A stretch of 64,000 nucleotides of DNA from Octopus sinensis (Eukaryota), in assembly GCF_006345805.1 (NCBI RefSeq), contig NC_043006.1, forward strand, positions 36,394,001 to 36,458,000. Reading direction: 5' to 3'. Both the position numbers and the translations under genes were made by a program. Of this stretch, positions 38,659-50,879 are shown one piece after another (the stretch's first letter is position 1; each line of letters starts with the position of its first letter). A model generated the notes under the pieces. It saw only the letters and a program-made list of their open reading frames with translations, did no database searches and had not been told where the DNA came from.

Positions 38659-40074
38659 CATGTATGTATAGTTATCATTTTTTTCTTCAGCCAGCTGTGC
38701 AGAATGTGCTCTACTGAAGAAGATTAATAAAACTGAAACACATCTGTTGCTTTCACTAGTTGGCTTCAAAGGCCAGGTTGTCTACTCCAATATGTATTGT
38801 CTATATCATTCAAACATTTCAACTGATTAATCTTATAGTTATCTCCTTGCTTTCTTTAAATTTTAAACATCTTTGAAGGAGCTTTTGCTGACTAACTGCT
38901 TATATAATTATACTTTATAAAAGTTTTTCAACTCCCTCTCTTTCTATCTCTCTCTCTCACTCTCTCTCTCTCTGTCTATATATATGTATACATGAATGCA
39001 CACACACACATACAACAGATGCTGATAGTATTCAACAAAAAATTCCAAAACCATTATCGTTGATGTCCAGAGAAACTGGCTAAGTTTTATGGTTATGTAA
39101 ATATCTAAATTAGCATTTCTAACAACACATCCATAAAAACATGAGACTGTATATCTTAGGGTTTTAGCTATTTTTTCCTTACATGTTGTTTCAGCGTTTT
39201 CTTTTCTGATTGTCTGTCTTGCTCTCTCCATGTCTATATAATTTCTATTGTAATTTTTGTTGGATGATTCTTCAAAGTTTGGTATTTGCATAGTAGTTTG
39301 TATATTTATTTATGCCTAGGAGGAGTAATAAGAGGTGGTTGTTTCCATTACAGTCATCAGAGAGAAAGTAATACAAGCACTTGTAGTGGGTGATATTTAA
39401 GTGATTAATGGTTAATTCCAAATGTTGCTGGTTAGTAGTTGAATATGGGTGAGTGAGGGAAGACGCACAAGTGAGAAAAGAAGTTACAGATTTATAAAAC
39501 TTTAAAGGAAGAATTAGATACAATCATAACGAGAATGCAATACAGCAACACATATGTTACTTTATTATTCTTTTGTTAGTTTCAGTCACTGGGCTGTGAC
39601 CATGCTTCAAGTGTTTGTTTTTTAGTCAAGTATATCAACCCCAGCACCTATTCAACGGAGGGCCAACTCAAGGTCACTTAGCAATGTCATCACAGAATGA
39701 CAGTTGAAACTAACAGGTCACATACTCCATCTATCATTCTGTTTTAAACAACTTTGAATTGGTCACCACCAGGGGAGAAAACAAAAAAAAAAAGACAAAA
39801 AACTACTTAGTGCAGAATGGTCATAACTGACATAAGAGAGGCCAATATCACATGACTTGACACAGAGAAATCTGCAGTCAACAGAAACTAGTGGTGTCAG
39901 CTTGTTGCCCAGTGTGCTTGAGAGCAAAGAAGGAATTAAAACAAAGCAAAAGAACTAAACTCATTTTATTAATGTGTTTATTTTTATGACTCTTAATTAT
40001 GACTTTTTAACTTCTTGGATTTACATATCCTAAAGCATTTACACCAGCATGCATACATATGCATGCACACAGGT

Positions 40075-40227
40075 TGTGGGCTTCCCCACAGTTTATGCCT
40101 ACTAAATTCCACTTGCAAGGTATTGTCAAACTTGGAGTAATGATAGAAGGCACTTGCCTAAGGTGGGATTGAACTTGGAACCATGTGGTTGCAAAGTGAA
40201 TTTCTTTGCTATACAACCATGTTTGCA

Positions 40228-40228
<1 letters not shown>
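40075..40228 (-). mobile_element. SINE family B head (left member of a divergent pair)
   Basis: Reverse complement of the family B head. Confidence 0.7.
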
Positions 40229-40278
<50 letters not shown>

Positions 40279-40279
<1 letters not shown>

Positions 40280-40420
40280 CTGTGGGGATTAAGAAGATTG
40301 CTTCCCAACCATGTGGTCTCAGTTCAGTCATACTGGGCAGCATCTTGGGCAAGTATTTTGTTATTGTCCCAGTCCAACCAAAGCTGTGGTGGATGGAAAC
40401 AGAAAGAAGCGCATCATATA
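40279..40420 (+). mobile_element. SINE family B head (right member of a divergent pair)
   Basis: AAGAAGATTGCTTCCCAACCATGTGGTCTCAGTTCAGTC...TTGGGCAAGT. Confidence 0.7.
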
Positions 40421-40718
40421 TATGTTTGTGCCTTTGTCTAGACATCACATGATGGTTGTAAATGAGCATCATCATCATCATGCAAGCAACATTGTTTGTA
40501 TCCAGTCTTCCATGAACAACGTATATAACTATGGGAAAATATTACATTGCTTAGAAACAGGTGAGGGCCAACAACAGGAGGGACATCCAGCTGTAAAAAT
40601 CTGCTGCAATAAATTCCATCTGATCCATGGCCAAGTGGATGTTTAATGATAACAATGATTTGTTTACACACACACATACAGAGGATGGCTAGCAGGTTCA
40701 CGTGTGTGTGTGTGTGTC

Positions 40719-40769
<51 letters not shown>

Positions 40770-42490
40770 ATGCGCGTGCGTGCATGTATGTATGTGTATA
40801 TTAGAGGAAGAGCGAGATGGAAACACACACACCTCTACCAATCTCATCTTTACAGTTTTAATATCCATTTTTGCATACTACTATGGTTTGGTCAAGTCTG
40901 CAATGTATTGTATTACCACTCATTATGACATTGTCTCATCTTGTCTGTGAGGTCGAACATCATTTGGTCTGACTTCAGCACTTAATTCAAATGTGTTTTT
41001 TGGTTGTCCTTCTAATATGAGCCCATCATTATTCCATCCATGCACCTGCAGTCAGAACATATGACCCAGGTACGACTTGCTCATGGAGAGTCTGAAGCAA
41101 CTCAAATCACAACAATTTACTTGCTGATCAATGTTTGTATTTTCATGAACTTCCATTTTAACCCAAAGCAATCTACACCGCAAAGCAGAGTCTTGCTTGC
41201 TTCGTTATAGATTACATTAGATACTGTGTAGTGCAATACATAATTAACTTTCGTTGCTTTTTATCTCTAAGCAACACCACAGTTTGAACATAACACACTT
41301 TCGTTTTGACAGAGGTCAAGATGGAAGAGCATATGATTCAGGCATATTGGGTCTTATCCAGTGTTTTGATAATTTGCTAAACTTCTCATAAATAAGAGAA
41401 GACTCTACAAGCTGACTTTGTTGTGCACGTTTAACAATTCAATAAAATTTGTGGAATTTGTCCAAAACAAAGAATATCTTAGATTATATTAATTTTTATC
41501 AAGTTTCCACATATTTTCCTAACCCTTCTTTTTTCCTTTTTTTGTTATTTACCTTAGTTGAGAAGATAGAAAACTGAAACTGATTGTACAAAATGGTTCA
41601 AAGTTTCTATTTGTGATTTTTCAGTGCCAGAGATTTTCATAGTATAGTGAATTTTATCTGTATTATACTTACTGCAGAGAAGAATAAAAAAGGAAAATGA
41701 CCACCACTGTTGTAGATAAACAGCAATATTATATTGCAGACCTATTCAACCAAAGGACATTAAAACAGTGGCAATGATAATGATAATAGGTTTTTTCTGT
41801 CTTTTTTTTTGTTTCTTGTCTGTTCACAAAACTTCTAGTTGTAGAAATCTTGTTGATAGGAACCAGAAACTACTGATTTTTTTTCCCTGGTAGTTGTGGT
41901 AACTGTATTGGTGCTGATGTTGGCAGCAGCAGTGGTGGTGGTGATTCTGGCACCGTTATATTAGTGTTGTTGGCACTGACAATATCAGTGTTAGTCTCAG
42001 TGGTGTTACTACTGGTGACAGTGGTGCTGACCGTTATTTAATGCCAGCAATGCTGGTTGTTGAGAGATCTTGGCAACATTAGTATTAGTATGATTGGAAA
42101 CACATTGATGGAGAAAGAGTGGTGATGTCAGCAGTGCTGATATTATTACTGGTGTTGGCAGAGTAGATGAGGCATTGTTGATGGCCAGGAAACAGTGCAG
42201 ATGATGATGATGATGATGGTGGGAAGTGGAGGAAGTGGTGGTGATGAGGATGACTCAATATTTTGGAAAAATGGATTATTTTCAGTCAGCTGCCATTTTC
42301 TTCTTGACTGTAACATTGATTGCAGGACATTGAAACCAAAGGATTAAAATTAAAGAAATTTGTACTGAGAGACCTCTTTGAGATGTCTGTGGGGTGCAAG
42401 AGAAAAGGGGGAGAGAGAAATGGTGATGGAAAAGAAGTTTCACTCCAAATACAAATGTATATTAAAACAAGACAGTGTGTGTGTGTGTGT

Positions 42491-42524
<34 letters not shown>

Positions 42525-42748
42525 GAGAAAAACACACTAAGTGGTTATTTATTTGCCAGCATCCACCAAGAAACAAACTAATGATAAAAGCAAATTAGAA
42601 ATAGTAGAAAAATAAAATGATGGAGGAAAATAAAAAGCTAAGTGAAAATTCTAAACCTTATAGACTCCCTTGGGTTTTTTCATGGTGAGTGGAAATGTTG
42701 ATGAATATGTGTTATATGTATGTATGTATATAAAGTGTTTGTGTGCCT

Positions 42749-42779
<31 letters not shown>

Positions 42780-43291
42780 AAAGGGGAAAGAGATTGGATG
42801 AGGATGTTGAAAATTCTAAGTATTACCCTGTGTGTAAATGGGAAATCTGTGCATGCATCTATTTGTATATGTATGCATATATATATATATATGTGTGTGT
42901 GTGTACATACAAACACACACATACACACACATAGTGATGATGATATAGCTTCTCATATCGTTCTGGGTTCAGTCCCACTGTCCACTGTGTGGTCCCTTGA
43001 GCTAGTGTCTTCTACTATAGCCCCAGTTGATGTGATAGATGGAAACTAAAAGAAACCTGTCGTGTGTATGGATGTGTGTGTGTTTGAATGCTGGGGCACT
43101 GCCTTAAAAGGCCCAATCAAACAAAAATGCCCCCAATACTTTTTAAGTCGGGTCCATATTCTAGTGGTCTCTTATACTGAACCACTTAAGCTATGGGAAT
43201 GTAAAGTAACCAACACTGGTTGTCAGGTAGGAGGTGTCTAGGGGTGGCGCAAACAGTCATGCACATGTACATCTTTCTCTATCTTTCCATG

Positions 43292-43327
<36 letters not shown>

Positions 43328-43769
43328 CACATGTTTTGTTTATTTAAGTGGTGTTTGACCACTTCAAACGAATTTACAGGTATGGTGGGGGCAAATTTTA
43401 GTAGCCGTTGGCTGGCAGGTTTGGTTGAAGAGAACAAGCACCATTTGGCACTAAATTCAAAATCGTGATATCAAATTAATCAGCATTACTTTTGCTGATC
43501 TAGCAGAGGTAAGACGATATTGTTGTTCACTGGAATTTTTTCCTATCATGCTTATATCAATTTTGTGACTATTCCATAGCACAGAAGTATTTTTGACTAC
43601 TATTATTAACAGTGCAGGTGTTCACATTATACCCTTGTATATGTATGTATCTTATATTATTAATTGTGCTTGTACAGCTGGTATTCGCTGCCACTAGTGA
43701 TGGTATTTTGATAGTACTATCAATCTCATATTTACTTATATATTTCAAAATGTAACCACATGTGGATCG

Positions 43770-43960
43770 TTGGTGATTTTTCCCCCTCTATCTTCCTTTT
43801 CTCTTGGGTTTTCCTCCATCTCCTGCTTCTGATGAAGAACTCTGCTCGAAATGTAAAACTACCTTTCTTTCCTTCCCTGAGCGTCTGCTAATACTTTTCA
43901 TGTACCATGTCCTCACATTGTTGTTTTTTTTTTCTTGTGTTTGTTCTTCGTTTTTTTTTG
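43770..43960 (+). mobile_element. Penelope-like element terminal remnant
   Basis: Contains CTGATGAAGAACTCTGCTCGAAATGTAAAAC, the CTGATGA...GAAA layout typical of PLE pseudo-LTRs, followed by a pyrimidine-rich tract. Confidence 0.5.
43825..43859 (+). ncRNA. Degenerate minimal type-I hammerhead ribozyme motif
   Basis: GCTT-CTGATGA-A-GAAC/TCT/GCTC-GAAA-T-GTA-AAAC. The core boxes are intact, stems I and II each have one mismatch, and GAAAC has become GAAAT. It is probably inactive. Confidence 0.45.
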
Positions 43961-43968
43961 TTTAGATT

Positions 43969-44009
<41 letters not shown>

Positions 44010-44709
44010 AAGTTAGAGGTAGTTCTATAATATAAACATTATCAATGTCACATACTTAATGTATGTATGTTGCTAAATGCTTTTTGACTGCAGTATTTTG
44101 TCCAGTGAAAGTCCCTTTAATATGTAGAGTGTTAATAAACACACAGCACACTTCAAAGCCAGGCAAAATTAACCCCTACCACACACACAAGTGAATGAGA
44201 ATGACAAATATTGACATTTTGCTGTTATTTCAGTTCATTAGTGTCATGTACTCACTTCACCCTCAAGATGAATTCAATTTGCTGTCCCGAAGTATATACA
44301 AGTTTCTTCTGCTGTAGCCCCAGGCCAACCAAAGCTTCATAAATAGATTTCATTGGCAGAAACTAAAAGAAACCCTTTGTATATGCATGTGTGTGTGTGT
44401 TATTGTCTCCTTTCCTTGACTCTGCATGAGAGTTGTAAACATGTGTCACTGACATGCAAGCTGTGTCCTTTGTTTCCAGCCTTCCTTGGAAACATGTCTA
44501 GTCATGGGGAATATCTTACTTGAAAACAGTTAAGAGTTGGTGACAGGAAGAGCATCCAGTTATATAATCCACCTCAACAGATTCCATCTGACCCATGCAA
44601 GCATGGAAAAGTGGGTGTTAAAATGTTGATGATAATGATGAACCTATTGAAGCTGGTGCTACTAAATCATTGGATTCAAAGGCTTACTTGCATAAGCTGG
44701 CATTCTTCC

Positions 44710-45010
44710 ATCCCTTCTACCTCTGGTTGTGCATGATTTTCTTCAGATATTTCTCCTGGTATATTTCTAGATTGTAGCGATGTTGCTTTTTTATACATAG
44801 TACCCAACTTTCAGTGCTGTGTATAAGAAGGGGTATAACAACTGCCTCATATTCCATAAGTTAGGTTATCTGGTTTTTTTGAGATGAGTATATAAGTATC
44901 ATGCTCTGAGACGGTTTGTGTTGGTGTGCTTTATCTGGTGTTGGATCTCTCAATATCTGTGATAGATGGCTACCTAAATGCTGAAAGTGTTCTATATTTT
45001 CCACCATACA
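44710..45010 (-). mobile_element. RTE-clade LINE RT/C-terminal remnant
   Basis: Minus frames read VENIEHFQHLGSHLS and YEAVVIPLLIHSTESWVLCIKKQHRYNLEIYQEKYLKKIM (compare VYxAVVIPTLLYGSESW...LExYHQRCLRKIL). Confidence 0.7.
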
Positions 45011-45099
45011 TGTATCTGCCTGAACCAGTGGACCAGGTTCCTATAATGCCCAGTGTAGAATGGATGTGTATGTATATGTGTGCTTATATACTGTTGGTG

Positions 45100-45179
45100 T
45101 GTGTGTGTGTATGTATATATATATATGTATATATATATGTGTGTGTGTATATATATATATATATATGCACACACACACA

Positions 45180-45234
<55 letters not shown>

Positions 45235-45261
45235 GCACACACACACACACACCATATATAT

Positions 45262-45292
<31 letters not shown>

Positions 45293-45304
45293 GCACACAC
45301 ACAC

Positions 45305-45337
<33 letters not shown>

Positions 45338-45441
45338 GCACACACATATATATTATATACACACACACATATAATATATATATATATAACACACACACAC
45401 ATATATATATATATGCACACACATATATATATATTATATAT

Positions 45442-45496
<55 letters not shown>

Positions 45497-45623
45497 TATA
45501 TATATAATATATATATGCACACACACACATATATATATATATACACACACATATATAATATATATATATACACACACATATATATATATATATAATATAT
45601 ATGCACACACATATTATATATAT

Positions 45624-45658
<35 letters not shown>

Positions 45659-45681
45659 ATATATATATATATTATATATAT

Positions 45682-45714
<33 letters not shown>

Positions 45715-45770
45715 GCACACACAATATATATATATATGCACACACACATATATATATATATACATACACA
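45100..45770. repeat. Compound (TA)n/(CA)n satellite with a higher-order unit
   Basis: About nine recurrences of (TA)n-TGCAC-(AC)m across roughly 670 bp. Confidence 0.9.
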
Positions 45771-47271
45771 CATGTAGGTCTTTAAGAATACAAGTAAAAA
45801 TCTTAGTAAATGTATTTCCTCATGTGATGATAGTTGGTACCACCTTGTGTATGCATTGTATGTTTGTATGTATGTGTTTGCGTGCAAAAGAAATGCTGGA
45901 TCTGAAGGGATCAAAGAAGTAATGGGAGAATAGAGTGAAAGATGGAAAGTGGTGTGAAAGCTTGATGGATTCCATTTAAATGAAACCAGATGTAGATCTT
46001 ACAGAACTGAATCAGCATTGCTTAATATTCAGGTGAATTTAAGCATCTATTTGGTGGATGGTAGTGTGGCAGTGGTTTGGTTGTTGGTCCTTGAGTGTTA
46101 GTGTGGCTGGCCTAATTCTATTCTGTTGCCTAATGATTACTAGCATAGGCACAAAGCCACATATTTTGAAGAGAATGGACAGAGGATTACATTGAACGCA
46201 TGAAAGTCAAGATTAACTTGGACAATATTCATTCAATGTTGTGAAGCTGCTTGACATATCTGGTTATCAACCAAATGTAATATAAATATTACTTTATGTC
46301 ATATGTCTATAGCAAAAGAGGTTGTATGATGAACAAGATAGAATAAAATAGGGACATTTACTTGTTTCTTAAGCAAAACTTCTACAGGTTTTACTTAGAG
46401 AAGGAGGTGAGGATAAAAATGGTGGTGCTGCCCTTACTGAAAGTTGAGTGTGTAGCCTGAGTGAATGAGCCTATGCACAACATGCACCTTCAGGTTAGAC
46501 ACAGCTTGGAGAAGATACTGGTCCTTAGCAGTGAAGGTAATTCAGGATCTGGAGGGTTTTGTGAGTGGGTCTTTTCTCTTAAATCCTTAAAAATGTTTTA
46601 GCCCGAAGGTTGCGGCCATGCTGGGGCAGTGGAAATTTTTATCTCCTTTTCTACCATTGTTTTCATATCTGTTCTCTCAGACACAATTCTATGTTAAACT
46701 CTACTAGTTTCATATTTTGGCCTTGTAATGTCTTCTCACTCATTGCCCTCATGGCAAATAAAGATAAGTATTGGATTTCATATTTTCATATTTCTTTAAA
46801 AAAAAAAATAATAAAACAATGTACTAAGATCAAAACTGTAATTGGAAGAAAACAAACAAAAGACAGATCAGGATATGACATCATAGATATGTTTACTTCC
46901 TGTGAAGAATGATTCCTTCATTTCTGTCTCTCCATTTTCCTTTTATTTTCAACCACTTTTGTCTGAAAGCATCAAATATATTTTCCTTCCATTTATTTCT
47001 CTTTTTTTTTTCTCTCTCCTTTTTTTCTCTCTCTGCTTCTTTTCTTTTTCGAATTCATCTCAGTCTCCAACTTGAAGAGGCTGGAACAAATGCTTACATA
47101 TATTTATTTACATTTATTTATTTATTTATTTACATTTTTATCTATTTTCAGTTTTAACGAATTTTTTCAACATTGATATCAATTTTCTGTTTGTGAAACT
47201 CCTGCAGCAGAAATTTCAACTCTTCAGATTGTATAACTCAGCATTTCGTGGTGAAATGGTGGTGGGGTGGA

Positions 47272-47326
<55 letters not shown>

Positions 47327-47650
47327 TGTGTGTACAGCCGAGAAAGTCATCTGCTTTTTTCCTTTCCTTTCTCCAGTTTCAAGGGTTTATTAGTATGTCT
47401 TTATTACGCACACATGCAGTGTGTGTGTGTGTATGGGTGGGTGTATAGTTAGGTAGGTAGGCAGTGTTTGTGTATATTTAACATTTTGTATTATTAACAA
47501 TTTTTGTGTGTAGTATAATGATTTTTGCTTTGTGGTACACAGTCTATATGTATTTCCATAGAATACTGTACTCATGTACAAAAGTACAGAGATGTAAGCC
47601 CTCTCACTCTCTCTGCCCTTTCTCTTATGCCCAAGTCTACTTGTACTACT

Positions 47651-47653
<3 letters not shown>

Positions 47654-47724
<71 letters not shown>
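47654..47724. repeat. (CA)n microsatellite
   Basis: Direct inspection. Confidence 0.95.
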
Positions 47725-47726
<2 letters not shown>

Positions 47727-48003
47727 CAACAATGAATAAATAGGCTTCTTTTTGGTGTGATTGTAAAACACAGCCTGTTGTGATCATAAAATTTAGCTTG
47801 TATATAAACAAATAATTTAGATGTATTCTTACATGTATACGTATTCTTTTATTCTTTTACTTGTTTCAGTCATTTGACTGTGGCCACACTGGAGCATCGC
47901 CTTGGAAGATTTTAAGTTTAGTAGTTATTCTATCGGTCACTTTTGCTGACCCATTAAGTTACAGGGATGAGTAAATAAACACATACACAAAGACACACCA
48001 AAT

Positions 48004-48820
48004 TTGGAGATGGTCTAACGAATGGGACCTGTGTCTGAACGTGTCAAAGTGCTGTCATCTGCCTGTTGGCTCTCCTCTTGCAACTCAACTTGATTTTGAG
48101 CCGGGTCGTCTGCTGCTGGAGAGGACCGATCAGGTAAAGGACCTGGGTATCTTGGTGGATTCCTCCTTTTCGCCTTCGGCCCAGTGTGTCCATGCAGCCA
48201 ACAAAGCACGCGGAATTCTGTTCTTAATTCAACGGTCATTCGGAATGCTCACAGCAGCCATATTCCTACCACTCTATGTCACGCTGGTGAGACCCATATT
48301 GGAGTACAGGATTCAAGCCTCTTCTCCTTATCTCCTCAAAGACATACAGCATCTCGAAAGAGTCCAGAAGCTGGCTACCCGCATGGTTCTTGGTCTCAAG
48401 AATTTGTCTTATGAAGAAAGGCTGAAGACGCTTGACCTTTATTCTCTAGAAAAAGGACGACGCCGTGGAGATCTCATTCTTGCTCACAACATCATAAGCG
48501 GAAGGTGTAACCTCTCGAAAGAACTGTTCTTCACTCCTGCTCCAGAGCGTCGGCTGTGGGGTCATTCCAAAAAGCTCTATCTGCAACGATTTCATCTCAA
48601 TCGAAGGAGAGGGGCTTTCTCGTCTGGGTTGTGGATCCGTGGAATAAGCTGCCAGACGAGATGGTGAAGATGCCGACGACCGCTCGGTTCAAAGTCTCCC
48701 TTGACCTCAAGTGGCCTGAACTCTTTACATGAACACTACCCTGTACATAACTCCATGTCCCCCTACATGGCCTTGCTTTTTGCTTTTTGAGCCAAAAAAT
48801 TAACTAACTAACTAACTAAC
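48004..48820 (+). mobile_element. Young 5'-truncated CR1-clade LINE (end of RT, ORF2 C-terminus, 3' UTR, (TAAC)5 tail)
   Basis: WRWSNEWDLCLNVSKCCHL...QVKDLGILVDSSFSPSAQC...LYVTLVRPILEY...LERVQKLATR...LSYEERL...RRRGDLI. One frameshift near 48622 is followed by VVDPWNKLPDEMV...FKVSLDLKWPELFT* (stop 48730-48732). The tail is at 48801-48820. Confidence 0.92.
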
Positions 48821-48843
48821 ATATATATATATATATATATATA

Positions 48844-48965
48844 TCACCGTGATCACCGTGACCAACCAGGCTATCAGATGTTGCTACACATCGCTGGTCA
48901 CAATGCGCTTCGCATTGTTTTAGCCTTGAAATGACGCCACCCCGCTGGCTAAGCAAGCAGGCCAA
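48844..48965 (-). mobile_element. Short CpG-rich interspersed repeat, possibly a LINE 3' end
   Basis: GC-rich 120-bp block ending on the minus strand in a duplicated CACGGTGAT, flanked by (TA)n. Confidence 0.4.
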
Positions 48966-49420
48966 TATATATATATATATATATACACGCGCGCAATGGG
49001 CTTCTTTTAGTTTCCATCTACCAAACCTACTCACGAGGCTTTGGTCAGCCTGAAGCTATAGTAGAAGACCTTTGTCGAAGGTGCCATGCAGTGAAACTGA
49101 ACCCAGAACCATGTGGTTGGGAAGCAAGTTTCTTACCACACAGCTACCCTGCACCCTACCACACACATATTTATAAAATAATGAAGGTGGCTAGATGCAA
49201 TGTAAAACCAAAAATGGAAAAATTCAATTATCATTAATAGTGACTGAGAGTGCAGTGTAGCACACACACACACACACACACACGGCATGTGTGTATTTCA
49301 AATACAAGTTTATTGCCATATCACATTAAAAACATTTATTTGTGTTTGATCACCAACATTGAGTAATGTTGAGATTAGCTAATACTTAGGCGGGTGACTG
49401 TTTATGCCTATAAGTCAGAA

Positions 49421-49893
49421 GGTTATGTGGTTAAGAAATTTGTTTTTCAACCACATGTTTTGCATTCAATCTCACTCTGTGGCACCGTGGTCAAGCGCCT
49501 TGTACTTTAGACTCAAGTTTACCAATCCAACAAATCCCACTCATAGGTGTTGTGATTGAAATTTGGTAGACAGAAATGGCATCTTGAGCAAATGTCTTTA
49601 ATGTAGCCTTGGGTTGACCATATACGTGTGTGTGTGTGTGTGTGTGTGCGTGTGTGCGTGTGTGCGTGCGTGCGTGCGTGCATGTGTGTGTTTGTCCCCG
49701 CATCACTGCTTGACAACCAGTGCTGATGTATTTATGTCCTCGTAAGTCTGCGGTTCAAGTAAAAGAGTACAATAGAATAAGTACCAAGTTTTAAAAAAAA
49801 AGGCAACTAAGTATTGGGGTCAATCCATTTGACTAAAAATTCTTCAAGGTTGCGTCAACATGGCTGTAGTCTAATGACTGAAACAAGTAAAAG
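49421..49893 (+). mobile_element. tRNA-derived SINE, family B (full length, internal RY tract)
   Basis: Family B head, internal (TG/CG)n, and tail ATGGCTGTAGTCTAATGACTGAAACAAGTAAAAGA. Confidence 0.85.
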
Positions 49894-50879
49894 ATGCAAG
49901 ATATGTATATATGTGTGTGTGTGTGTGTGTGTATGTTTACTTATATGACAAAAAACACATGTTCTACTGGTTACAACATTCTAGCTATAGTCACTATCTC
50001 TTTACTGCATATTTGTAATGTGGATGTTTGTATGCATTTATATATGTGAGTGTATATATGTAAGTTCATGTGTGAGTTTGTGGGTGTGTATTTCATTTGT
50101 GTGCAAATATTATCATGATTTTCTTAAGTGTATCTACAGTTGAGTTGTTCTTTTATTTACAGAAAAAAAAAGCAGGTGGGGGTAGGGAATTGTTGGTGCC
50201 TTTGTTGTGCTTGTTATAGAAACAAGACTCTTTATTGAATTACACCTGAGAAAATGATGAGAATAATTGCATCTATCCTGTAATCCAAAACTTACCTCTC
50301 CATCCCTTCTCATTCCTCAGAACATATTTTGACATATGCAAACTGTTTCCTGTTTCTGCTGTGATTTATTCATCATAGTCCTAAATGGTGTTGTTGTTGT
50401 TGCTATATTGTTCTAAGGAAAACATGTCCTTTTTTTGTGTGTGTATGCGTACTGACTAATAGACTAATAACATTAACATCTGATTGGAGTGGAACATAAG
50501 TAGGGTTCCATTTTTTATATTTTTACTAAACTTTCTTCAGGTGTATGCATGTACATCTGTTTTTGTACAGATGCCCACATACATGAATTCAAAGAGGCAC
50601 CCATCAAAATGAACAACTGTATCAATCTCACCAGTCATGAAGGGCATCTGAAAGGTGTTGGTTCTGCTCTGTTCTCCTCACTCATACACATATGCATACG
50701 TAATGATGAATTTTCATTTGCATTTAAATTATATATCTTTTATCTTGTATCTTCTACTTGTTTCGGTCATTGAACTGTGGCCTTGCTGGACACCACCATA
50801 AAGAATTTAATCGAATAAAATGTCTCCTATACTTATTCTATGCATGTGCATTGTTTAATTTTGATTTTGTTGACTATAC

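Noticed and set aside
38944-39318. 115-aa ORF MQIPNFEESSNK... with a possible acceptor and donor
   Set aside because: No recognisable homology, it runs into microsatellite, and its phase does not join the other candidate exons without a stop.
43437-43447. AGCACCATTTG, resembling the 5' end of miR-29
   Set aside because: The match covers only the seed region, and there is no precursor hairpin.
43380-43509. Plus-strand segment with a strong donor GAG|GTAAGA
   Set aside because: All three frames contain stops from the nearest acceptor and there is no supporting neighbour. It is not supportable as CDS.
44992-45771. 259-aa and overlapping ORFs rich in Y/I/C/V/H/T
   Set aside because: These are translations of (TA)n/(CA)n satellite, which lacks stop codons by composition.
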